Of a stretch of 64,000 nt of DNA, positions 40,401 to 52,400 are shown piece after piece; position 1 is the stretch's first letter; every line of letters starts with the position of its first letter. The notes below the pieces were generated by a model. The model was not told the DNA's origin. It saw only the letters and a program-made list of their open reading frames with translations, and made no database searches. The stretch covers positions 24,788-88,787 of the forward strand of contig WJJJ01000021.1 of NCBI GenBank assembly GCA_014729775.1, given 5' to 3'. The position numbers and the translations under genes were made by a program. The DNA is from Candidatus Omnitrophota bacterium. GTDB lineage: Bacteria; Omnitrophota; Gorgyraeia; Duberdicusellales; 4484-171.

Positions 40401-43400
40401 ATACTCCTGACCGCAAAATCTTCGCTTAAACGGCGCGAATTTACTCATTCCTGCCGGCAGCAGACTCATTGATCCGAACCAAGGCGACCGATATGCGTGC
40501 CAGAGGCGGTAATTCTCCCGATTTGGTTTCAGCATCACCGCCCCGCTCTGTCCCCGTTTCCGGCGGCGCAGCACCACATTGAGACCCGGCCCGGATATCG
40601 ATACGTCTGTCACCTCGAACTGCTCCTCCAGCACGTCGAACGCCTTCGTGATTTTCAACCGGTTCCCGTCCAAATGATCGGCCCTCACCCCTCCGCGGAG
40701 GAACGTATACACCACACGCTCGACCGGCTCCTGCAGGGCATCCGCGACCGCGCGCACAAGACAATTCCTCCTAAGCTCAAACGGCACCCTTCCTGCTCCG
40801 CCGCGGGAAACGAGATACAATCCCGCTGAATACCGGATCTTTATGACAAAACGTCCCGTAGCGCGGCAGGCCGCGGCAAAAATTTGCCGTTCAGGCCTAT
40901 ATTCCTGAGGAACCGCGGCAATGCCCTGCTGAACCGCAATCGAGTATAACTGATGGAAAAACCCGCGATCGAACAATATCCTTTTTTGTTCGGCCTCGCG
41001 TAAAAGTTGCGCTAATTCCCGGGGATGATGAGAATAATATTCTTCACTGAAACAGCACGCCTTTTCATGTCCGGTACCAACCGCATAGCACGGACACACA
41101 CGGCCGGCCCCTGCCTCCCGGCGGCGCCTGTTTACCTCGCGATCCTGAGCAAGATGACGGAGCTCTAATTCTTCATGACGGTGCACATCGGCGAGTATTT
41201 CACTGCCGGGGTCCCTTCGAATCAATTCAAGCACTTGCCAGTGCACGGTGAAGAGAAGCCGTTTCACACTGTAATCAATCGAAACAAGCGGCGCGTATTT
41301 GTAAGGAACTACCCGCACCTCAATCGCTTCCGCCGGGGGCGCGTGGGGAAGAAGTCCTTCCAATAATTCTTTCACATATTCCTTGGCAAAATACCTGCCG
41401 AAAAACTGCCCTGGCAATGCTCCTTGAACACGGAAATCGCGGCGATCACTGTTTTTCGCGAATGTGACCGGCGGCTTCAAACTCCGCTTCCCGGCACACG
41501 CGGCGTAACAAATTCGTCCCGCGCGGGAAAAAGGCTCTCTTTCTGTGAGGGGACTGGAGCCGCCCCGGTGACGGAAAAGATCAGTGAACTGAAGGGTAGT
41601 GAGCTGATGCGGACGCTTTCCAAAATATTCGTATCCGGCGCTCTCCAGCACATAGCTATTTCGCGCAGTCCGGAAATGAGGAAGGCCCAACCGGCTCTTC
41701 GCGTGTGACCGCAGCACATATACCATCCCTCTGAGGTTATAAAACCGGTTTCCCCTGTCGGGAATATCAGAAGAAATGCTCACTGCGCCTGCCCCGCTTA
41801 TGGAAACAAACACATTACTTAACATTACGCCGTATGCGGCAAGGCCGCCGTACACGCCGTAATGAATCGCGCCGATATACACCGGCCGGTTCTCCCGCGG
41901 CATGATCTGCGTGACCCCGTCCTCGAGAGTACAAGTCTGGAACGCGATTCGGTCCGACAACTGCCGCGTACGCGGATGATGCGCGATATACCCGGAAACC
42001 GGCAGCCGATCCACGCCAACAAGATTACCGTTCAAAAATTCAAGCAGATTGGTTCTCCCACTGGATAACGCATCGGCAAAAAACCCCTCCACGTCGGGAC
42101 ACACGGGGCTGCGCAAAGTGAACATATCTTCCTTATCTTCCCGGTATGCTCCCGGAAACATAGATGAATGCCCGCAGCGCCGGAAAAAATTCGAAATCAA
42201 ATACTCAGTATGAAAAAACCTTGTTCGCGACCACGAATCTGGGTGAAGCGGATAAAACCGTTCCCGGCTCAAATAATTTTCCGCGGCCGCGATGATTTCC
42301 CGTCTGAGCGGGATATCCTGATTTTTTATTCTCATCAAAACCTGCAACGCGCTTCTCCGCACTCGAGCAGAAAACGGCCGCCTGGTGGCCGACAGCAGCG
42401 CTCTGATTACTTCCGGATTCATCCGGTCCTCATCACTTAAAGAAGTTAAAGCCATCCACACTTGATGAGAATGGCCCGGAACCGGATCCGTCAAAATTCG
42501 CACTGCTTTATGTTCGGGAACACGTCCATCCCGGGGAATAGCGCTGTCCGGATATATGGGACCGGGAGAGGAGCTGGTTCCGCTCTCTGACGATACCCGT
42601 TCAGGATTCAATCCTTTGCTTTCCGCGATCTCTCTCAAGGCCGACTCCGCCGGGCCCTTAATCTGGCGAATGCGTTCTCTGGTAACTCCAACTCTTTCTC
42701 CCGCCGCCTGCAGCGTCAGCACTTCTGCATCCTCCCCGATCGCAACCCGGATACGACTGATTACAGATAACTCGCATACCTGCAAATCACGCTCGGGATC
42801 CTTCCGGTTCCGGAATATCTCGCGCAAACGCGCCCGCAGCTCTTTAATAATCTCCCGGCCTAAGGCGTGGACACCCCGAACCTCTTCCTCAGTATCGGGT
42901 TTCGCCTCAAGGTCTTGCAGGACGGTATGACGGTCATCGAAATCCTGCCCTCCCCCGGGCTGATCCAATGAAACCGCGCCTCTGTGCCGGACCAGGTAAC
43001 TGTCGATTTGCTGCACAGGCACCCCGGTTACCTCGGAAATCTCTGCCGGGGACAACAGCCCGGTGGAAAGCTCTATATTATGCTCCCGGCACAGGTTTCT
43101 TAGTTTCCTGTCTTTTTCCTGCTGAGACGTAGGAGTCCGTACTATATGTTTCTGTCCCTGGATTTCCCGGGTAATCACTTGGCGGATCCACCAGCTCGCA
43201 TAGGTCGAAAATTTGTATCCGGTTTGGAATTCATAACGCGGAATTGCTCGGTATAAACCGATATTCCCCACACTGATCAATTCCATCAACGTAAACGGAT
43301 GACGAAGATACTTTTTTGCAAATTTTACTACGAGGCGGAGATTGGAATTCCATGCCTCGGTATGAGACTGCCTGTTCACCCGGCGTTCCTCGGTCCTGTT

Positions 43401-46400
43401 CGGCACAAAACTGCGCTGATACCAGGAAATGACCCGTTTCACTTCATGTAGCGGCATATCCGCAGCCTGAGCGACACGTTCATACGGGAACGGCCGCTGC
43501 GAAAGTTTCACTCTTTCTTCTTTGCACGCTTGTAATACCGCTTCATCCTGTTCTGCAAACCGAGCGCGCATCGAGAAAAACCCCTCTCCTAACCTGGTCA
43601 GCAAAGGAATCTGCGCAATCTTTTCCAAATACAGTTTCACATCCGATTCAAATCCTGAGGAATCTCCGGATACCGCCCGCGTCGCCTGCTCAGATACGGG
43701 ATGGAACAAATATTCAGGAGAAACCTCCATTTCAAAAAATGCCCGGCCGGCGCAATATACCTGTTCCTCGTATGGACCGCGATAATCAAGGAATTTAGCC
43801 GCTTCAAGAGCGCACGTCAGGGCCGCATCGTAATCCTCTTCGATCACAAGAAGCTGGGCCAAATGCGACCTCCGCCACATGCACATCGGATCACGGGCAC
43901 GCGAACGCATCGCCGAGGCAAACGTGTGTTCCGCGTCCGCGGTATGAGTATCCAGACGGAGCAGGTGTCTGCCGATCCAATCGGCATTTTTCGTCTGGTA
44001 AGGACTCCTTTTCTGCGGGATCGCGTACACGCGGGTATGCTGGCCCCCGATCGATCCGGAACAAAGCAGATGCGCTTTATCCAATGCTTCTAAATCATCA
44101 GCGACAGCCGCGCGCGATATCCGCGGGGCAAATTTCGCGGCAACTTCGGAAATAGTCACCCATTTCATTCCATCGGTTTTTTTTCCGATGAGCCGCTGCG
44201 CTTCTTTATACACGCGGGCTCTGCGTGCATAAATAGCGGGAAGGCGCGGCTTTTTCTTCTTGCCCGGGTATTCTGAACCGGCAGGAGAACTTCCGCCGGT
44301 ACGCCCAGAATTGAAATCCGCATCCGTTATTCTTGTACCTTCTTTGCTAATTGGGCTAAAACGTTCTGAAGTCTCCAGTGAGACTTCCGTACGCACTCGT
44401 GATCTTCCCTGCACACGCTCGTTGTGATAACGGATCCTGCCGTTATAATCCCCCACGATGACATGCCACGCCTCATTCGTCCCTAATCCGGTACCTGCCG
44501 CTCTCCCGCCGGTATCTATGCGTTTAGTAGTATTCAGATTAAAAATAGCCTGCCGCCCGGTGCGAGGATCCTGCGCAAGAAGATCTGCGCTGATAGGCTC
44601 TCCGTAATTGACAATGTCGATCACCATAGACGGAGAATCTTTTACGGAGAAGGCACGCACTTCAACTCCAGGTGCACCGGGATACGTATGCTGGCGCGCG
44701 TTGACGATCAGATTGTATAACGCGCTCATAAGCGATCTGCGCCGCCCCAGGACATACCTGTAAAAAATCTTATATCCGATCATGAAATTCACCTCTTTGA
44801 AATACGCCTTCAGGTCGGTGATAAGCTCTCCTATCGAAATCCATTCCGTATATTCGTCCGAACAATCTACATCGGCAATACCGCACCCGATTTTTGCCCG
44901 CGCTTCCGCCAGGGCCACGATTGCCTTATCCAAGCCATCTCGCGGCTCTCCCCGCACGGTATCCCTTAAGGAGAATACACGTTGATAATAATATTTGAAC
45001 ACGCCGTCAGCGCGTTTAAGTGCGCGGAGAAACCACTCGGGGTGCCGTTCCTGCAGTAAACATAAACGGGAAGCCCATCCCCCGACCGCGCATACCGATT
45101 CGACATCTCTTTTTAAACGGGACAACGTCACAGTAATATTCCCCAACTCCCGCGAGATACCCGGGAATTCATGCGCCACTCTGGATAAATACATTTCCGC
45201 GCCGGAAACCCCTTGCGCAAAATCCCATAACGCCGCACCGTGAGTTTGCCGGCGAAGGACAACTCCGGTCCGCTCAATTCTGACGGTGGATGCATCGGCC
45301 GGCGCGCGCAGGTCAAAGAAGCACCCGCCGTTTCTGGTCACCGCCTGCTGCTTCCTGCGGAGAAGGTCCGCAGGCTCTCCGGCCGCGTGGATATACACCA
45401 GCCGCTCTGCGCATTCGCCCGCCTCCTTATCGATACGCAGGGGTGAATTCCGGCCGGCGAACGATCTCTGCCTTTCTCTCCGTTTCGACACATATGCCGA
45501 GTACGTGCGGGTGCTGTACCATTCCTCAAATGCCGGAGCGATCCCGGTCGACGCCAGCACGTAATAAAACTGCTCCGGAAGATACAGGACGATATCCACC
45601 GAGCTCAAGAACCCTTCCATCCGTCTCGCGAATTCATTCAACGCTCTCATAATTCCGATTTTCCTTTTCTCTCCGAACCGCTCGGCTCCTCGTGCGTCAA
45701 AAATAATAATCGGTTCGACAGTAGGAGATGAAACCTTCCTGAAGACCTTTACGTCTCCCCCCAGCCAAAGGGTAAGGCCAAACCCCATCGCCTCGAATAT
45801 CCTCCGGCAGGCACGCAGGTTCTCGTACGCCCGGCCGGGCATAAGCTCACTCAACACGTCTCTGTAGCGGTTTGCCAGCAGCACATCACATTCCGCAAGA
45901 TCGAATCTGGTAATAAACTCCAGATCTTCATCGTCGGACATGTCCGGGTCGGTATGTTCTATCACGACAATCGTATCGTCTACGCCGACGATCCTGTCAA
46001 GATATCTCTGCAGCGCTCCTTCAAAATCAAAGTTTTCCATGATCGTATCGGCATCGTCTTTGTAGAAGAATTCGGCGTTTTTCAACAAGTGGAAACGGGG
46101 ACGCGCGAAAAGCAGAGAGAACATATCTACGGTATCCGCGATCACTCCCGTCTCGTTAAAATCGCGGATATGCGCTTCCGTATGGAGATTTCTCCGTATC
46201 GCGTCTTTATCAAGCATATCGGATGGAGTAAACCCGTAATGAGGAAGCATACGATCTAATACAAATCGCGTACTCGGTCCGCACCCCTCTATCTCAATCC
46301 CGGATACCTGCTCCCAGATAAACTGATCCGGCCCGTTACAGACGGAGATCACCTTCCCTTCCTCCGGTTCCGGAAAAGCGCCGATACGGATAAGCAGTTT

Positions 46401-49400
46401 GATCAAAAGACGATAGGCATTGGCCATATGTACCGCCTTCGGATACTCTGATCCATCCTGATCGCGCGGCATAAAAGAGAGTTCTTTTATCTTTTCCGTC
46501 ATTTCGACGACGTTCACAAACTGCTCAACAAGACTCGCCGGAGACACAGAGTACGGGCCCAAGGAAACTGCATCTGTCTTCTTTTCTGCGTTCGCCGGAA
46601 CGGCCAGCACTGCCAGTGTTCCCATGCCGGGTGAGCTGGCCTCTTTGTATGGCAATAAATACTCTTCCGATGTATTACGGTCTAAAAATGAGGTTAATCT
46701 CTTTTTCTCCGACTGCCATTTTCCTTTTAATAACTTCCCAAATCGACTAGTCTTAGTTGTTTTGGGAAGCTTTATATCTGTAGAAAGCTCGAAATACTCA
46801 ATGGCATTTTCAGGATGCACGACCAGCGGGGGCAACCCGGCCCTCACCAACAGAAAGCTCACCACCAGAGCGCCCGTTCTATGGTTCCCTTCAATCAGCA
46901 ACTGCGGCGGACTTAAAATCCGCAGGTACACTCCCGCCGCTCTTTTTCGCGCGTTTTTTTTCTTGCGGTTCATATATTCCGCTACCGGCACACCGGCAGA
47001 GAACACCTTCTGTTGCGTGGCTTGTACAAATTTATGCTCCTGCATCTGCAGTCTCCCATCGTTCCCAAAATGACAAAGCAAATTAAGTTTCAAGACATCA
47101 TTCAAATCCAATTTTCTTTTTTTGAGAAGCAACTCATTCACATACTCGTACCCGGCTATTAACCTATACATGACTTCGTCAGTGAAATCATCGCGCTGCG
47201 ACGAAAGCTGCCGGTTGATCGCGGGAAACCCTTTTTGCAATTCTGAAAAAGAATTTCGTACAGCGGGTATGTCAATGACATATACCGGTAAAGGAGCCGG
47301 GGAACTGCTTGGTCTATCCCGGGAACTTTGATCCAGTATCATCTGCCGCAAATGCCTGGCCCATTCGTTACCATGCCGATTGATATGGCGCTGTAACGCT
47401 TCGAGCACCTCCGCTTCGTGCGATTTGGCGATATCCATAAGCGCCCAGCTTGCACAGTCACTTCGATGAGGAGGCGGATATCCCACTGCCCAGGCCAACG
47501 CACCTATCGCTTCGGTACCCATGGTGATCAGCTCCCGTTTTATGTCCAACCGCTCCGACCAGGAAGAATTGTCCAATTTATCCAACAACCTTTCTGCTTT
47601 CCAAGCGTTCTCCTCGACCGGAGATCCGGAAAAACCAGAACGCAGCAGCTCCGAAAGAACCGTTTCATGCGCGCACACGATATCCTCATGCCCAAACCGT
47701 TCCAGCACGAACTCCCGGCCGGCCCGTCCCATTATTCCCGCGCGGCACGGCGACCGCAGCAGCATTTTGAGCGCCCGCGCCAGCGATCCGACGTCCGCCC
47801 GGCTGAAAAACCGGTTCCGCCGGCGGTTCACCTCCACAAGCAGCCCGGTTTCATCCGGCACAAACGCTTCCAGGTTTCCTCCTTCACCGGTAGCCACCAC
47901 CGGTGTTTCCATGGCCTGCGCCTCAAGCAGAACCCCGGAAATCCCTTCATTAAACACCGTGGGGAACGCGACAATGGACGCTACTTCAAAATATTCCCGC
48001 ATCTTTCTGCGAGAACTGACTGGCTCATCGATCCGCACTTCATGACGTAAGTCATTTACTTCCATGTATTTGAGTATTTCATTCAGGTATCCGGGACGGT
48101 ACGAATCACCCAGAAGGATCACTTGAAAGCGGAATCCGCAATAGCGCAACAACCGTGCGGCCTTTACCAATTCCAACGCGCCTTTGGTCGGCACGATCCG
48201 GCTGGGTGCAAGGATCACCGGATCGCCGTTTAATTGCAGACGGGCACGGATCGCCGGCCTTTTCTCCGGCCCAGGGACAAACACGCGTAAATCCCGCAAG
48301 CACGGAATATGCACCGCGTCCCTGCCGTATTTCAGGCGCGCGTCCTCGACGCCTCTTCGGGACACGGTAATCAACACATCGGCCGTCGCCGCCAGTTCAT
48401 CGAGATTCCGTTGAGGATTACTTCCGTGGGCGATCAGCTCCCCCTCATGCCACTGGACGAGCACCGGGATCTGCCGGGAACGGGCAATGCGGGCGATTTC
48501 CACCGCATACGTGCTTTTAGGACTGTGTACGCGCACAGCATCCACGCCAGGCCGGCCCGGCTCACCCATGATATTGGCAGCACGCGCAATCAATTCATCT
48601 CTATTCCACTGCATAAACTGGCGGTATGGATGGTGCACAATATGCGCGTCCGCGACGCGTTCGGTAAAGTCACAAACGGAATCACCCCGCGGCACCTCAT
48701 ACAGAACGTGAGTGCGAAGACCCGGATTGCGCTCGGCAAGCGCGTGATTCAATACATTCAGATGTACAGCCTGACCCGTAGGGCTCATGTAATGGTTGGT
48801 CATCATCAGAATACGTTTCCCGGAAAGCGCGGAGACTAATGCCTGGCGCGATACATTCGGAGAAGAAGCGGATTGGAACAAAGATTCAGCGCGAACCACA
48901 GGCTCCAGGGTACGTTGTCTCACCCGCTCAATTTCTTCAGAACCAAGATCGCGATGAGTAAACGCAAGGTACTCGGCCATGTCCATGCGGTAACGGCTCA
49001 TAAAGTCGCTTGCCGAGTATCGGCCGTAATCGCTGAGCGCATCAGCGTGAAAATCCGGATCACCAAAATAATACTCTGCCTGCAGGTACCGTTTCGGCTC
49101 GTTCCCGGGCCTTTTGATCATATCAAGCACCCGGCGGGCATTCTCCTGCCAGGAAGATATCATAAACAGGTCTAAATGCGTAACCTTATGTTCGGGCAAC
49201 TCAATAAACAAACGCCAGGCTGAGGGCGTGAGCTGAATCAATTTACCCGGCCTGAAAAGAACTCCCGACCTCTCCAATAGTTCGAGCATTATCGATAAAA
49301 ATAGTTCCGCATCCGGCATCGACTCTGCGGCAAGGCCCGGGTATCCCGAAAGACCGGCTCGCTCATCCACCAGTATAACATCGATATCACTTCCCAATCG

Positions 49401-52400
49401 TCGCAGATATCTGGTACTGCCGACTATCGACGCGCACGATCCGTTCTGAGTTTTCGCGGTAAAGGAAACCGCGTCTCCTATCGCGGTAATGGTGGAAAGC
49501 TCCTCCTGAACTGATATTTTGCTCGCAGGCGAACTCACGGGTAAAGGATCCAATATACGCGATTTCATCTTAACCGCCAGAGAAGGAGTGCCGGTGCGGC
49601 GATCCCCCACCGTACGGTGAAAAAACGGCAGACGAGCCAGCCGGAATTCTTTTAAATTTTCCATCTGCCCGCGAGTGTAGTACGCATATGCCCTCCGGTA
49701 GGACACTTCGTCACCGAAGTAGTATTCAAAACCTACGTAATGACGTAACGCGACGGGACTGTCGTTTTCCGGAGAAAGCTCGTTTTCTGCGTATCCCCGG
49801 AGCCACAGCGCAAGCGCGGCCCGCCCGGCCAAATCGTCGAGTGTGCCCCAGGCAATGTTGACCTGAATAATTGTGGTATCGGACAGGCGGAAAAGTTGAT
49901 AGGCCTGCGTCTCCTTCCCGAAGATAATGGGCCGGCTCACATATTCCAGTATCCGCTCCTTCGCGTTCACGCGACTGCGAAATGAAGAGAGAAAATCAAT
50001 CCCCGCGGGTGATTCGATCATGATATCCAGACTAAGATACCCTCTGCCGTTATCCCGTCCGCGGACAATGCGTCCCTGTAAATACTGGACACTGCCCACC
50101 AAGTACGCCTGCCCGCCAATATGATTCGCTGAGCGCTCGGCAACATTTCCTAAAGAAGACACATCAAACCTTCCGTCGGCATACAGCGATCCGGCGGGCG
50201 AACTCGACGCCGGCTGGTTCCCGGTTCCTTGAAGCTTTTTGATACGGCGTGCAATACGGTCGATCCGGTCCCCGTATACGTCCATAAAGTCATGTATCTG
50301 CGTGACGCTCCTCATCACCGCACTAATCTGCCGGCTCCACCACGGCCACAATTCTTCGTAACCTACGTTCTTGGCGATCGCATGATCAACCGCCCTTTCT
50401 ATATCATCGATCGACGCTACGGCAGGAAACCGGTAAATCTTCGAAGCCGGTTTCTTCTTTCGGGTTGTTTTCTTGCTCACGGCTTCCTTCTTAGCTTTCT
50501 TCTTTTTCACCGTTTTCTTCTTCGACACTTCAGGTGTGCTGGCCCCAATCGCAACCAGACCCGCTCCTTCATCAATCGCCGCGGCGATCTCCGCATTCGT
50601 GAGAGGCTGCGCGCGCAGGTACGTTTTCAAATTGAACTGCGACTTACATTTCCAATTTACGTACCGTTTTCGGGATACTCCTCCCCGCTCAAGAATTTCC
50701 CTGACGGACTCTTCGCTCACGCGGTTTCGGTTGGCAGTTAACTGCGCTGCCGCTCTGCGAATCCGGCCTTCAATCGTTGTAAGGAACATCCTTTCCCGAA
50801 CGGCCTGAACGCGATGGTCATCCTGGTACCGCTTCAACCAGTCATTCATGGTAGTCACATCAATTCCGACATCTCGTGCCAGACCAGCCTGCGTTATCGT
50901 CTCTCCCGGATCAGCGGCAATACGGCGGCTGATCGCTTCGTGCAGTTGTACTGAACGTTGTTCGAGGTTTTCCTCAACGCGTGATGCCTGCCGGACGGAA
51001 TGACCCTTCAACTCAACACCCAGAACATCAGTCGCCTGCCCGGAACGTTCACGATTCAGTTTAGCAACCAGTTTCCTGATTTGCCCCACGGATAAAGGAC
51101 ATTCTTCATCGGCAGCGACATCGGCAGCATACACATGCACTTTGCGCTGTCGTATCCTGGCAACCGCGGCCCGAATAAGAGGGATCTTTTCGGAATCGCG
51201 ATATTTCCCTGAAGAAACAGAGCTGGAAGAACCGATCTCTGCCTGAGGAACTTCGTGCAGGAACACATCTCTGCTCCACTCGTAATACGGGCTTGTGTTG
51301 GATAGAGATTCCCTTTCCGCAATATACTTACTTTCCGACATAAAATCAGCAGAATCGGATGGAACGAGGGGAGTGCTATCCGCGCCGGCACCAGTCACTT
51401 CAATTAGTACAGGCGATCCCGAAGAACGAATCGTGGACGTAGTAGAGAGCGGTTCACGCACAGGCGCAGAAGGTACGGTAACGTTTTTAAAAAACTCCGA
51501 CTGCCCGCGCGCATAGACCTCAAAATTTCGGAAAGGAATAAATAAATCAATACCTACATGAGAATACGGAGGAGCCCGAGAATAGCCGTAACTGTACTGA
51601 TTGCCAATAATGATTTCTTCCGCCCCCCATTCAAAACGGGCTTGCGCTCCGGGAAAAAATCCGCGGTATATCAGATCCCGGACGATAGAAAGCCCGGCTC
51701 CCTTGCCGCTGAACCGGCGCTTACGCCTTGATTTGGTAAACCGGTACTGGCTGGCCATGTCAAAACAAGGCAATCGATGGGTTACCGGCAGCGGGTTGTG
51801 CAACACGGCGGAAAGTTCACGGTTATTATCATTCTCTATCCGCACCTCATACTTACCCTGCGGAGCAAAAGAGTATTCTCCGCGAGCCGCGCAGTGCAGG
51901 GCCCGCATCATGCGCCCCGTAACGCCCTCATAGGCATGGGTGAAGTTCTTGACGAGTTCCCATAGCATAAAGACGGCTACTCCGCTTGTCGTAAATTCCG
52001 TCAGCGGGAGCGAAAGCTCATCATTCAATTGGGAGATAAATATTCCGGAAGGAATGTCGTTTCTTGGTAATCCCCATTCAAGAATAATCGGCGCGAACTC
52101 ACGGCGGAATTCTTTTATCGCCGCGCGGGGGCTGACATACGCGTTCCGGTCAGCCCGGGTACGGCTGATCACCGCGCTGGAAGACACATCCTCAGCATCC
52201 ATGTCCCACGAATTCTCCGTAAGAACCGGAACCTGATGCGGCAAATACTCAGTTATTTTCCCTGTATTAATAAAAGAAATATCTACATTATACTCATATT
52301 GATCCTTCTTCTCATTTAACTGTTGGGGGTACAAGCGCCAATAGGCGCGCACCGCTTCCAGAGGCACATCCCGGTATACCAATACCGCCCGGGGCAGATG

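Noticed and set aside
46650-46830. AT-rich patch inside the giant gene that looked like a possible foreign insert or intron-like element
   Set aside because: It translates in frame to a Lys-rich linker ([25 protein letters not shown]) encoded by AAA/AAG codons. It is a compositional effect of polylysine and not an insertion.
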